Origin: a virus
Taxonomy: Duplodnaviria; Caudoviricetes
Virus record (IMG/VR): IMGVR_UViG_3300028048_000096
Location: 36,767-100,766 of that record
DNA: 64,000 nt
Strand: one strand, 5' to 3'
Shown here: positions 28,827-39,546 of the stretch, piece after piece
Numbering within the stretch: the first letter of the stretch is position 1
How the letters are laid out: each line of letters begins with the position of its first letter
Program-made: the position numbers and the translations under genes
The notes under the pieces: model-generated
Databases searched by the model: none
What the model saw: the letters and a program-made list of their open reading frames with translations, nothing else
What the model was told of the DNA's origin: nothing

Positions 28827-31800
28827 ATGGAAAAATTAAAATTTCCAGGTTCGCTGCATAATCACACAGACTTTAGTAATTTTCGTCTTAGGGACTCAAT
28901 TAATACAGTTGAGTCTCTAGTTGACTATGCCGTCGAACTTGGACAAGAAGTAGTAGCGATTACCGAGCACGACACAATCGCATCACATATTCGTGCAGAA
29001 AAATATTATAAGAAAATTAAAGAGAAAAATCCGAATTTTAAAGTAATTCTTGGAAATGAGATTTATCTTGTAAGAAATGGATTGAATTCAGATAATTTTG
29101 ATAAAGATAAAGATAGATATTTCCATTTTATTTTACTTGCTAAAGATGAAATTGGACATAAGCAAATCCGTGAGATTTCAACTCGTGCATGGATGAGGAG
29201 TTATGTCGCGCGCCGCATGAGAAGAGTTCCAACTTATTATAATGATTTAATTGAAGTAATTGGTAAAAATCCAGGTCATGTAATAGGTTCAACCGCATGT
29301 TTGGGTGGATGTTTACCGACTCAGTTAATTAGAAATAGAGATAATAGCGCGCCATCAATGGATTTAATTAAAAGATGGATTTTACAGTTGCAAGGAATTT
29401 TCGGTAAAGAAGATTTCTATTTTGAAATGCAACCATCGTTTAATAAAGACCAGATTTATGTAAATCATAAATTAGTTGAATTAAGTGAAGAATTGGGAAT
29501 AAAATATATAATTACAAATGACGCACATTATTTGAAGAAAGAAGATAGACCAATTCATAAAGCTTTTCTTAATTCACAACAGGGTGATAGAGAAGTTGAT
29601 GATTTCTATGCCACAACTTATCTTATGAATACAGAAGAAATTGAATCTTATATGTTAAAAGAAATGGGAGAGGAAGTTCTTCAAAAAGCATATAGGACAA
29701 TTTTAGAGATTAAAGATAAATGTCAAGATTATTCTTTAATGAAGCCATTAAAGATTCCGAGATTAAATTGGAAAAGTTATAATCACTTAGCAAATGGTAT
29801 TTGGTTTGAACGAATCCCTATGTTAGAAAAGTTTGTAAATTCTTCTTACGAATCAGATAAACATTTAGCTCATGCAATAGTAGATAGAATTTATGATTCT
29901 CCTGACCTTCAAAATAAAGAAGTATATGATGAGGTCAACGCGTGTCTTGAAGATACATGGATTAGTTCTGAAGTAAATGGAAGTAGATGGAGTGCATATT
30001 TCTTAAATCTTCAAAATATAATTGACTCATGTTGGGATGCAGGAACATTAGTAGGATGCGGCCGTGGGTCTGGTGTAGGATTTATCTTATTATATTTGTT
30101 AGGTATAACACAGATTAATCCGTTAAGAGAAAAGAGCCAGACAAAGCGCTGGAGATTCTTGAATCCAGAGCGTGTATCTGTTCTAGATGTAGATATTGAT
30201 ATTGAAGGCGGCCGCAGAGCAGAAGTTTTAAAGAACTTTCGTCGTATTTATGGAGAAGATAGAGTTGCGAATGTATTAACTTTAAAAACCGAGAAGTCAA
30301 AATCAGCAATTCTTACCGCGGCGCGTGGTTTAGGAATCGATGTTGATACGGCGCAATATTTATCTTCATTTATTGAGGCGGATAGAGGACAATTAAGAAC
30401 TCTGAAACAAACTTTTTATGGTGATTCTGAAAACGGAATAAGTGCTTCAAAGCAATTTAGAATTGAAATGGAGGAAAATTATCCTGAACTATGGAAGGTT
30501 GCACAAGGAATTGAAGGATTAATAAATGGCTGTGGTATTCATGCAGGTGGAGTTATTTTTGTAGATGAACCTTTTACAAACTCGACCGCATTAATGCGGG
30601 CTCCAAGTGGAGAAATTATAACTCAATTCGACCTCCATGCCGCAGAGGATACTGGATTAATTAAATACGATATTCTTTCAGTTGAAGCATTAGATAAAAT
30701 TCATAATTGTCTTGATTTAATTTGTGATTATGGATATGAGCAAAGAGAGAATACTTTAAGAGAAACTTATGAAAAAATCATTGGAATTTATAAATTAGAA
30801 CGTGAAGCTCCCGAAATGTGGAAAATGTGTTGGGAGCATAAAGTTCAAAGTTTATTCCAAATGGAAAAGCAATCTGGTATTAGTGGAATTGCAGCGATGA
30901 AACCGACTTCAGTAGACGACTTAGCAATTCTTAATTCTGCGATTAGGTTAATGGCAACTGAAAAAGGCGGAGAAATGCCAGTTAATAAACTTGCAAGATT
31001 TAAAGCGCATCCAGGTGATTGGGATAGAGAACTTCAAAAATATGGACTCGGTGAAGAAGCAAAGAAAATTCTTGAACCAGTTTTAGGAGTTTCATATGGA
31101 TTGTGTATTGCACAAGAACAATTCATGCAATTGGTTCAGCTTCCAGAACTTGGTGGTTTTAATCTAACTTGGGCAGATAAGTTAAGAAAGTCAATTGCAA
31201 AGAAAAATCCCGCAGAATATGATAAATTAACTGAAGAATATTTTAAGACAATTAAAGAAAAAGGTTTAGATGAAAAACTTTGTGATTATACTTGGAATAT
31301 ATTAATTGCAATGAGTAAAGGTTATGGTTTTAACTTATCTCATACGTTAGCATATTCATTAATTGGACTTCAAGAACTTAATCTTGCATATAGATATCCG
31401 TTAATTCTTTGGGATTGCGCTTGTTTAATAACTGATAGCGGCGGTGCAGAAAAAGAGTCCGAAGAAGAAGAATCAAGCAATACTGTTGAAGAAATTTATA
31501 ATGATAATATAGGAAATTTTGAAGAAGTAGAAGAAGAAGATGAAGAAGAAAACGAAGAAGAAGAAGGAAATGAGACAACCACTTCTAAAAAGAAAACCAA
31601 TAGAACTGTAAACTATGGAAAAATTGCAACAGCTATTGGTAAAATGAAAAGTGCAGGAATCAAAATAATCGCAACTGATATAAATAAATCTTCATATACA
31701 TTTTCACCAGATGTAGAGAATAATTTAATTATTTATGGATTAAGTGGTATTACAAGAGTCGGTGAAGATTTAGTTAAAGAAATTATAAATAATCGTCCGT

Positions 31801-32819
31801 ATGAATCAATTGAGAACTTTTTAAATAAAGTTAAAATTAATAAGCCGCAGATGATTAATTTAATTAAGTCTGGAGCATTTGATACGTTATATGGCGGCGA
31901 CCGCTTAAAAGCAATGAAAACTTACATAAATCTAATTGCAGATAAAAAGAAGCGTATTACTTTACAGAATATGAAAATGTTAATTGATTTTAATTTAATT
32001 CCAAACAATTATGATTTTCAATGTAGAGTTTATAATTTTAATAAGTATCTTAAAAAGTTTAAGATAAATGATTCATATGGATTAGACTTGGCCGCATTTA
32101 CTTTTTATAGTAATAATTTTGATATAGATTATTTAACTCCATATAATCAAGATAATATTTTGTTTTTAATTAAACAAACTAAATGGGATAATTTATATAA
32201 AAAGCAAATGGATATAATCCGTCCATATATTCAAAAGTATAATACAGATTTATTAAATAGTGTTAACGAAAGATTATATAATGAGACTTGGGAAAAATAT
32301 TGTTTAGGTACAATAAGTAAATGGGAAATGGATTCAATTTCTTGTTATATTCATGACCATGAAATGACAAAAGTAAAAAATATAATTTATGGTTTTTCTG
32401 ATTTCTCAAAGTTATCTGATGAGCCAACAGTTAATTATGAGTTTACTTCAAAACAAACTGGTCAAAAGATTCCATTATATAAAATCTATCGTATTGCGGG
32501 AACGGTTTTGGATAAGGATAAAAATAAAAAGACAGTAACATTATTAACCACAGATAGTGTAGTAACTGTTAAAATCTTTGGAGACGCGTTCACTCATTAT
32601 GATAAACAATTATCTGAACGTGGCGCGGATGGTAAGAAGCACGTCACAGAAAAGTCTTGGCTTAGTCGTGGTAATAAAATCATCGTAACTGGAATTAAAA
32701 GAGATAATGATTTTATATGTAAAAAATATAAGAATACTCCATATCATTTGGTTGAATTAATAACTTCAATTGATGATAGCGGGTATATAAAAACACAACA
32801 GGAGCGCGCGAGTGCATGA
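28827..32819 (+). CDS. dnaE: DNA polymerase III alpha subunit (family C)
   Basis: PHP domain (LHNHT, ITEH, NDAHY), GRGSGVG, RFLNPER, LDVDID, GIHAGG, IKYDIL, YGFNLSH. Confidence 0.93.
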   Translation: MEKLKFPGSLHNHTDFSNFRLRDSINTVESLVDYAVELGQEVVAITEHDTIASHIRAEKYYKKIKEKNPNFKVILGNEIYLVRNGLNSDNFDKDKDRYFHFILLAKDEIGHKQIREISTRAWMRSYVARRMRRVPTYYNDLIEVIGKNPGHVIGSTACLGGCLPTQLIRNRDNSAPSMDLIKRWILQLQGIFGKEDFYFEMQPSFNKDQIYVNHKLVELSEELGIKYIITNDAHYLKKEDRPIHKAFLNSQQGDREVDDFYATTYLMNTEEIESYMLKEMGEEVLQKAYRTILEIKDKCQDYSLMKPLKIPRLNWKSYNHLANGIWFERIPMLEKFVNSSYESDKHLAHAIVDRIYDSPDLQNKEVYDEVNACLEDTWISSEVNGSRWSAYFLNLQNIIDSCWDAGTLVGCGRGSGVGFILLYLLGITQINPLREKSQTKRWRFLNPERVSVLDVDIDIEGGRRAEVLKNFRRIYGEDRVANVLTLKTEKSKSAILTAARGLGIDVDTAQYLSSFIEADRGQLRTLKQTFYGDSENGISASKQFRIEMEENYPELWKVAQGIEGLINGCGIHAGGVIFVDEPFTNSTALMRAPSGEIITQFDLHAAEDTGLIKYDILSVEALDKIHNCLDLICDYGYEQRENTLRETYEKIIGIYKLEREAPEMWKMCWEHKVQSLFQMEKQSGISGIAAMKPTSVDDLAILNSAIRLMATEKGGEMPVNKLARFKAHPGDWDRELQKYGLGEEAKKILEPVLGVSYGLCIAQEQFMQLVQLPELGGFNLTWADKLRKSIAKKNPAEYDKLTEEYFKTIKEKGLDEKLCDYTWNILIAMSKGYGFNLSHTLAYSLIGLQELNLAYRYPLILWDCACLITDSGGAEKESEEEESSNTVEEIYNDNIGNFEEVEEEDEEENEEEEGNETTTSKKKTNRTVNYGKIATAIGKMKSAGIKIIATDINKSSYTFSPDVENNLIIYGLSGITRVGEDLVKEIINNRPYESIENFLNKVKINKPQMINLIKSGAFDTLYGGDRLKAMKTYINLIADKKKRITLQNMKMLIDFNLIPNNYDFQCRVYNFNKYLKKFKINDSYGLDLAAFTFYSNNFDIDYLTPYNQDNILFLIKQTKWDNLYKKQMDIIRPYIQKYNTDLLNSVNERLYNETWEKYCLGTISKWEMDSISCYIHDHEMTKVKNIIYGFSDFSKLSDEPTVNYEFTSKQTGQKIPLYKIYRIAGTVLDKDKNKKTVTLLTTDSVVTVKIFGDAFTHYDKQLSERGADGKKHVTEKSWLSRGNKIIVTGIKRDNDFICKKYKNTPYHLVELITSIDDSGYIKTQQERASA

Positions 32820-33946
32820 GTTATGGTTTATATGATGGGGATTTGCCGCTTTACGACAGATTCCCATTCCTCAACTTAGAACTAATGAAGTTAGCTACAT
32901 ATTATAAAAATAAACGAGAAATAGTTAGTCTAACTCAAGATTTTATACCACAAAAATATAGTCATTTTATCGTAAGACAGGACTATTTTAATCCCAATGT
33001 AAACTATCCATATTATAAACATGTTGAGTTCGGTGGTAAAGCCTTTAATGGGCCGATATATAAGCCAATGGCTTTAGAAATAGAAGAATGTAGACCAGAT
33101 ATAAGCATCTATAATAATATAAAAACAACTTATAAATTTACTCAAAACGATAGTAAAGCTTTTCACACAATGCGGAACGCCATACATTTACGGCTTTCAT
33201 TGGATGGCCGCGCAATCTGGTCAAACTTCTCTAAACAACTTCCAAATGATAAGGGTCATAGTGGTTTAATTTTTCATGACGATAACCTTGAAAATATAGC
33301 TGATTCACAACAGATAATTCAAGAACTACTAGAAGGATTACTTCCGGCACCGCTTCAACGGATAGGCACAAAATATCCAATTCAAGTAGAAACCGAAGAC
33401 AGATACATAAGTTGGCTCAGGTTTCTTGCAATTAATCAATTCTATTCTCTTCAATATAATGGAATACCTTGTCAAGAAAGTTTAGAAGAAATTGCAACAA
33501 TTACCAAAAACTCAACCCGTCTGCCGCAGACAACGCTTAACGTTACCGCAAATACAACATATGAAAAATTCATAACACAAGATATAGTATCTATAATGCG
33601 GAATTCCGCAATTTTATGTACCTATAAGGCGCAAATCCCACTTATTTATGATGACACCTTTTTCATAGATAAACGATGGGCAGATGTTACTTGGATTATT
33701 CAACAGTATATAGCTTTTTTAATCAATCTACTTCACAAACGAGATAGGGTTGAAAGAGTTATACCTTACGAAACACTTTATAACTACTATAATTACTTAA
33801 TTAAAAAACCACGTCATACTGGTTTAAAAGTAGATAAACAATTTATCCAAGAAACTTTTCAATTTGTGCGCCTTAATAACTATGAACTATTTACTCTATT
33901 TTATAAACCTATAAAGGAGATAGCAAATGAAGCCAGAAGAAATTAA
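32816..33946 (+). CDS. hypothetical protein; N-terminus resembles phage radical-SAM-like proteins but has no CxxxCxxC
   Basis: GLYD.D....NLELMKLATYYK, FGG, IEECRPD..IY. Confidence 0.5.
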   Translation: MSYGLYDGDLPLYDRFPFLNLELMKLATYYKNKREIVSLTQDFIPQKYSHFIVRQDYFNPNVNYPYYKHVEFGGKAFNGPIYKPMALEIEECRPDISIYNNIKTTYKFTQNDSKAFHTMRNAIHLRLSLDGRAIWSNFSKQLPNDKGHSGLIFHDDNLENIADSQQIIQELLEGLLPAPLQRIGTKYPIQVETEDRYISWLRFLAINQFYSLQYNGIPCQESLEEIATITKNSTRLPQTTLNVTANTTYEKFITQDIVSIMRNSAILCTYKAQIPLIYDDTFFIDKRWADVTWIIQQYIAFLINLLHKRDRVERVIPYETLYNYYNYLIKKPRHTGLKVDKQFIQETFQFVRLNNYELFTLFYKPIKEIANEARRN

Positions 33947-34115
33947 AGAAAAAATTACTTTCAATAACCATATGATTGAGAAATTACTCGATCCTACGGT
34001 TTTTATTCTTCAACCTGAAATTGAAGCTTATTTGAAAGAAAATGAAGAATTGAGACAAATGTGTGCTCATAAATTTGAAAATGGAGTTTGCGTTTACTGT
34101 GGAAAAGAAGAGTAA
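33927..34115 (+). CDS. small Zn-finger protein
   Basis: CAH...CVYCG; AAGGAG RBS. Confidence 0.65.
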   Translation: MKPEEIKEKITFNNHMIEKLLDPTVFILQPEIEAYLKENEELRQMCAHKFENGVCVYCGKEE

Positions 34116-34151
34116 TCCTTAAAATATTTAAATACTTAGGAGGACGCTTTA

Positions 34152-36341
34152 ATGCAATACATTAAAAAAAGAGATGGTAGATTAGTTGAATTTAATAGAA
34201 TTAAAATCGTTGATGCCATCTTAAAAGCTTTCAAAGAAGTAGACGGAACTGCAAGTGATTATGCTTTAGAGAAAGCAAACAATATCGCTACTTTTATCGA
34301 AAATAAAAGTAAAAACAAAATCTTAACTGTAGAAGAAATTCAAGACCTTGTAGAACAAGGTTTAATGTCAACCAAAAGAAAAGATGTAGCAAGAGCATAT
34401 ATTGCTTATCGTATCGAAAGAACTCGTATCCGTAATTGGAATACGCAAATGATGAATCAAGTCGCAGTTAAACTCGCGGCAAGTGATGTACAAAATCAGA
34501 ATGCGAATGTTGATGAATATTCATTCGGCGGCCGCAGAGGTGAAGCTGATTCAGTTATCTTTAAGCAATATGCCCTTGATAACTTAGTTTCCGAAATGGC
34601 TCGTAACAATCACTTAAATAATGAAATTTATATTCATGATTTAGACAGTTATATTTTAGGTATGCATAATTGTCTTACCATTCCTTTTGATAAATTATTA
34701 GCAGAGGGATTTAATACAAGACAAACTGATGTGCGCCCAGCTAATTCAGTTAATACTGCATTCCAATTAGTGGCTGTATTATTCCAATTGCAATCTTTAC
34801 AACAGTTTGGTGGAGTAAGCGCAAGCCATTTAGATTGGACAATGGTTCCTTATGTGCGTAAGTCTTTCTTAAAACATTTTAAAGATGGGGTTAAATATTT
34901 AGAAGAACATCATTTTGATGGCGAACCTATATCAATTGAAGATGAAGTTTATAAATCTCATCCTGCTGCATACAGATATGCAATGGATATGACAATTAAA
35001 GAAATTCAACAAGCGGTAGAAGGCATGTATCATAACCTTAATACTCTTCAGAGTAGAAGCGGTAATCAACTTCCCTTCACTTCAATTAATTACGGTACTT
35101 GTACACTACCTGAAGGCCGCATGATTATTAGAGCTTTACTTCAAGGCTCAATTAAAGGCGTCGGCAAACTTCATAAAACTCCAATTTTTCCTTGTGGAAT
35201 TTTCCAATATATGAAAGGAGTTAATGATAAGCCCGGCACGCCGAATTATGACTTATTCCAACTGGCTCTTGAATCAACCGCAAAGCGTTTATATCCAAAT
35301 TATGCTAACGTAGATTGGAGTGGTAATGCGGGATACGATAGAAATGACCCAAAGACCTACTTCAGTACAATGGGATGCCGCACGGCAAATGGCTTTGATA
35401 TTAATGGCTTTGGTCAACTTAAAGATGGCCGTGGAAATATTTGTCCAGTAACTATAATCCTTCCTACGCTTGCGATGGAGGCTAAGGAATCACTCCATGA
35501 AGATGATGATATAGTTGAAGCTTTTATGGATTTACTTGACGAGAAAATCTTTGAAGCGAAAGATATGTTACTTGAACGCTTTGAATATATTTGTTCTCAA
35601 AATCCTGAGTCTGCTAAATTCATGTATGAAAATGGTACAATGGAGGGATATATTCCCGAAGAGGGAATTCGCTCCGCACTTAAACATGGTACAATTGTTA
35701 TTGGCCAATTAGGTTTAGCGGAAACATTACAAATATTAATTGGCTGTGACCATACAACTGAAAAAGGAATGGAACTTGCAAAGCGCATTGAACAGTTATT
35801 TAAAGATAGATGTGCAGAATTTAAACAACGTTATAAATTAAACTTCGGCGTATATTATACGCCCGCAGAAAATTTATGCTATACGGCAATGAAAAAATTT
35901 AAAGCAAAATATGGAAACATCCCCAATATAAGCGACCGTGAGTATTTTACCAATTCAATGCATGTCCCAGTTTGGAAAGAAATTTCTCCTTTTGATAAAA
36001 TAGATATTGAAAGCCAATTAACTGGTTATTCAAGTGCTGGTTGTATTACTTATGTTGAATTAGAGGGTGCGATACTTAAAAATCTTTCGGCCCTGGAGCA
36101 GATAGTTACTTATGCGATGGAAAAAGATATACCATACTTTGCAATTAATGTGCCTAATGATACTTGTCTTGAGTGTGGTTGGACAGGAGAAATTGCAAAT
36201 GAATGCCCAGAATGTGGCTCAACAAATATACAAAGACTTAGAAGAGTTACGGGATATTTAACGGGCAATTATACAACAGCATTTAATTATGGAAAACAAA
36301 AAGAGGTTGAAGACAGATATAAACATTCGAGGAAGTTATGA
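34152..36341 (+). CDS. nrdD: anaerobic (class III) ribonucleotide reductase
   Basis: ATP cone (IKKRDG), IYIHD, HNC, TMGCRT, TPAENL, CxxC/CxxC, RRVTGYL glycyl-radical loop. Confidence 0.95.
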   Translation: MQYIKKRDGRLVEFNRIKIVDAILKAFKEVDGTASDYALEKANNIATFIENKSKNKILTVEEIQDLVEQGLMSTKRKDVARAYIAYRIERTRIRNWNTQMMNQVAVKLAASDVQNQNANVDEYSFGGRRGEADSVIFKQYALDNLVSEMARNNHLNNEIYIHDLDSYILGMHNCLTIPFDKLLAEGFNTRQTDVRPANSVNTAFQLVAVLFQLQSLQQFGGVSASHLDWTMVPYVRKSFLKHFKDGVKYLEEHHFDGEPISIEDEVYKSHPAAYRYAMDMTIKEIQQAVEGMYHNLNTLQSRSGNQLPFTSINYGTCTLPEGRMIIRALLQGSIKGVGKLHKTPIFPCGIFQYMKGVNDKPGTPNYDLFQLALESTAKRLYPNYANVDWSGNAGYDRNDPKTYFSTMGCRTANGFDINGFGQLKDGRGNICPVTIILPTLAMEAKESLHEDDDIVEAFMDLLDEKIFEAKDMLLERFEYICSQNPESAKFMYENGTMEGYIPEEGIRSALKHGTIVIGQLGLAETLQILIGCDHTTEKGMELAKRIEQLFKDRCAEFKQRYKLNFGVYYTPAENLCYTAMKKFKAKYGNIPNISDREYFTNSMHVPVWKEISPFDKIDIESQLTGYSSAGCITYVELEGAILKNLSALEQIVTYAMEKDIPYFAINVPNDTCLECGWTGEIANECPECGSTNIQRLRRVTGYLTGNYTTAFNYGKQKEVEDRYKHSRKL

Positions 36342-36901
36342 AACTAACAGAAGTATTTCAAAAATCTATTTTAGCAGGCATATTAATTGGATTCGGAGTT
36401 ATTATAAATCTTCAATCTAACGATAAAGTTGTAGGGGCACTACTCTTTAGCTTTGGCTTACTTACAATAATTGAAATGCAACTTTTACTCTATACAGGTA
36501 AAATTGGCTTTTTAGAAGAAGATTTAATGCCTATGTTAATTCCCATATTAATTTTTAATTGTATTGGTATTGCAATTACAGTTTTCCTATATGGTGCGGC
36601 CAATCCAGATTTTAATACCGTTATTGCTAATGCGGCCAGTATAAAATTTGCTAAAGGCTATCTTACCCTATTTATAAATGCATGCTTCTGCGGCGCATTA
36701 ATTCATTTTGCGGTTAAAAATAAAGTTAAGATTTTAACAATTTTTGCAATAATGATTTTTATTTTAACAGGTGCCGAACACTGTATAGCTGATTTTCCAT
36801 ATTTACTGTATGCGCCTTCTTTTGAAAACGTATGCAAATTTATTGAAGTCGTATGTGGTAATTCTATGGGCGCATTAATAATTGAGAGGTTAACCTGGTG
36901 A
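36338..36901 (+). CDS. short formate/nitrite transporter (FNT) family channel
   Basis: SILAGILIGFG, GALLFSFGL, LYTG, FC, FILTGAEHCIAD; multiple TM helices. Confidence 0.8.
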   Translation: MKLTEVFQKSILAGILIGFGVIINLQSNDKVVGALLFSFGLLTIIEMQLLLYTGKIGFLEEDLMPMLIPILIFNCIGIAITVFLYGAANPDFNTVIANAASIKFAKGYLTLFINACFCGALIHFAVKNKVKILTIFAIMIFILTGAEHCIADFPYLLYAPSFENVCKFIEVVCGNSMGALIIERLTW

Positions 36902-37398
36902 GATATAATACAATACTTGCTAATGATGTAGTAAACGGAGAAGGAGTTTGCGTCTCCTTCTTCGTGCAAGGCTGCCCACACCGATGCGAAGGATGTTTTA
37001 ATCCTGAAACGTGGGATTTTGCAGGCGGCCGCGAGTATACATCAGACATAAAATGGGAAATTATAAAACTAATTAGCGCAAATAATATTCAAAGAAACTT
37101 TTCAGTACTTGGTGGGGAGCCGATGTCTATGCGGAATTTAGAAATGACTGATGAAGTTATATCTGCGGTACGCGTAGCTTATCCTGATATTAAAATATTT
37201 TTGTGGACTGGATTTTTCTTATTCGACCTTATAGACTTAAACGATGAGCATGTCAATTCTATTCTTTCTAAGGTAGATTATGTAATTGATGGACCTTTTG
37301 ATGAAAAATTAAAAGATTTAAGTTTAAAATTGCGCGGTAGCTCTAACCAAAGAATATGGACAAAAATAAATAATAATTGGGTAGAACAAGATGGATAA
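36898..37398 (+). CDS. nrdG: anaerobic RNR activase (radical SAM)
   Basis: NGEG, GCPHRCEGCFN, LGGEP, IDGPF, RGSSNQ. Confidence 0.93.
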   Translation: MRYNTILANDVVNGEGVCVSFFVQGCPHRCEGCFNPETWDFAGGREYTSDIKWEIIKLISANNIQRNFSVLGGEPMSMRNLEMTDEVISAVRVAYPDIKIFLWTGFFLFDLIDLNDEHVNSILSKVDYVIDGPFDEKLKDLSLKLRGSSNQRIWTKINNNWVEQDG

Positions 37399-37594
37399 GA
37401 TTACTGTTACTTATGGAAAACTTAAGAAAATAATGAAACAATTAAGACAAATGAATTTTCAAGATAGTGATGAAGTTTCATTTGAATTTATTATAGGTAG
37501 CTGTTTTCCAGATATTTACAACAATATACAAGAAGAAATGAGACGTCAGCATGCAATGGGTTATGCTGAAGGACTCAAAAATAGCAAGAATTAA
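37391..37594 (+). CDS. small hypothetical protein
   Basis: 67 aa, overlaps the nrdG stop. Confidence 0.6.
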   Translation: MDKITVTYGKLKKIMKQLRQMNFQDSDEVSFEFIIGSCFPDIYNNIQEEMRRQHAMGYAEGLKNSKN

Positions 37595-37622
37595 GTCAGA
37601 AATTTTTTCTGACTTTTTCTTT
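37594..37622 (+). terminator. terminator
   Basis: AGTCAGAAA-TTT-TTTCTGACT followed by T-run. Confidence 0.65.
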
Positions 37623-37631
37623 TGTGAAAAT

Positions 37632-37660
37632 TTGCAAAAAAAAATTTTTTATGATATAAT
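37632..37660 (+). promoter_or_regulatory. sigmaA-type promoter with extended -10
   Basis: TTGCAA-N17-TATAAT with TG. Confidence 0.7.
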
Positions 37661-37693
37661 ATATATAGAAAATGAAAATGGAAAGGAGTTTAT

Positions 37694-39546
37694 ATGATTA
37701 AGATTGATAATCAATGTGTATCTAATTTTGAAAATGCAATTAGAGGCATGCGCAATCCGTTAGAGTCATGGAAGCAATCTGATAGTCGTTATGGATTAGG
37801 AGATTGCGACGATGAATATTGTGCAATGCGCTTATTTGATTCTACTGATGCCTGGATGAATTATTTGGGGTATGATTTCTTAGAAGATATAGAATCAGAA
37901 GCTGACCGCAAACAATGGCTAAAAGCAGAAAAAGAAATTGAAGAATGGCTTTGGAGTTCATCTTTATTGGATAAAGATGGGCCATATGAGCATAGATTTT
38001 ATTTTGGACCGAAAGACTTGAAACTTGCTCAAAGTCTTGTACGCGCTGGCACAGATGAAGCAAAGTTTATAAGGCAAATTTTTATTTCAGTAGATATTAC
38101 TGCGCCATTATATTGGTAGTTTCTTTCTGCCAATGAAATACTTTTCCCATTTATCGATGGGGGTTATACCGAAGGGTATAGCTAACGGGGAACTTACCTT
38201 AAGAATCCCGTGGGAAACATAAAAGGTTTCAAATTCTTATAGTGTTTGATACTCTTTTTCACTTATATATAGAAGAGAAAAAGAGGTGATTAACAATGGA
38301 AAAACAAACAAGACAATCAAAACCTAGGGTTGACTTAACTAATAAACAGTTTGGTTACTTAACGCCAATGTACTATATAAAAGGTGGAAAATGGCATTGC
38401 AAATGTAAATGTGGAAATGAAATTGATGTAGATACTCGAAATTTGAATAGCGGACATACTAAATCATGTGGATGCTTAATAAAAGAAAAAGCATCATTGA
38501 ATGTAAAAGATATGGTTGGCTATGAATCTGAATATTTAAAAGTTTTATCGCGCGCGGGTTCTGATAACCAGGGTGCTGCCTTATGGAACTGTTTATGTAA
38601 AAGATGCGGTAATACTTTTATTACACGAGGCTCTTCAATTCGAGCAGGATATGTGCAAGGATGTGGTTGTGTTCATTCTTTAAATGAGCAAAATATTGCA
38701 CAATTATTAACACAAAACCATATAGAGTTTGCAACTCAATACACTTTTCCTGACTTAATTGGTATAAATGGTGGCCATTTACGATTTGATTTCGCAATTT
38801 TTGATTCAAATCATATTTTATCACATTTAATAGAATACAATGGCGAGCAACATTATATCCAACCATTAGGTAGTTGGGAAAAAGGTTTTGATACATTACA
38901 AGAGCATGACAAAATAAAACAAGAATATTGTAAAAAACACAACATTCGATTAATTGTTATTCCATATACTCAACAATATACTATAAGTGATTTGTTATAA
39001 TTTATGAACCTGTAGAGACTATCCCCAAAGCCTTCTGGGCCGGGGAGTAGGGCTACTATTGATACGTAGCGATGTTTTAGGTAACGAAGCATCTGAAAAC
39101 CGAAATGGTATCCTATATTTTAAAATATAGTAAAAGATAGTCCACTTAAAGGGAAAGAAATGGATACTTACAAAGTAGGGACCGTAGCTAATTCTACTAG
39201 TACAATGCATAAGTTAAGCTCGCGACCAATTGAAATTAACGACTTTAGTTTTGATAAAGAATTTCATAGCTATCCTATGATACAGAATATTATAAGAGAT
39301 TGTGAGTTTTTAAGACAAAAATATATCGAAACAAAAGATAAAACTTACTGGCGCGCACTTATACAATTGTTGCCTGAATCATATAATCAAACTCGTACTT
39401 GGACAGCAAACTATGCTGTTTTAAGAAATATATATTTTGCAAGGCGCAATCATAAATTAACTGAGTGGAGAGAATTCTGTCAATGGATTGAATCTCTTCC
39501 TTGGGCAAAAGAATTAATTTGTTTAGAGGAGAAGAAGGAAAAATGA
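37694..39546 (+). CDS. divergent ThyX-like protein, spliced: exon1 37694-38117, exon2 39152-39546 (272 aa)
   Basis: junction TGG T|GG AAA gives APLYWWKEMDTYKVG..NSTSTMHK; LLPESY, NY..LRNIY..R..H are ThyX-like, but the canonical RHR motif is absent. Confidence 0.7.
38118..39151 (+). ncRNA. group I intron in the ThyX-like gene
   Basis: P1 ATTGGT|AG : CTGCCAAT with U.G at the splice site; P10 TTTCTTTC : GAAAGAAA; P7 GACTA:TAGTC; terminal G. Confidence 0.92.
38296..39000 (+). mobile_element. intron-encoded endonuclease (2 Cys-rich repeats + PD-(D/E)XK-like domain)
   Basis: WHCKCKCG..SCGC repeats; LRFDF..IEYNGEQHY..D..K..YC..IPY. Confidence 0.8.

Noticed and set aside
13404-36341. Inteins in GyrA/B, DnaB, DnaE or NrdD
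   Set aside because: Protein lengths are ordinary and no C...HN/(C,S,T) splice blocks were seen.
19722-39546. Premature stops in the AAA_24 and ThyX-like genes read as pseudogenes or stop-codon recoding
   Set aside because: Both are restored in frame by group I splicing, and all other long genes are intact in the standard code.
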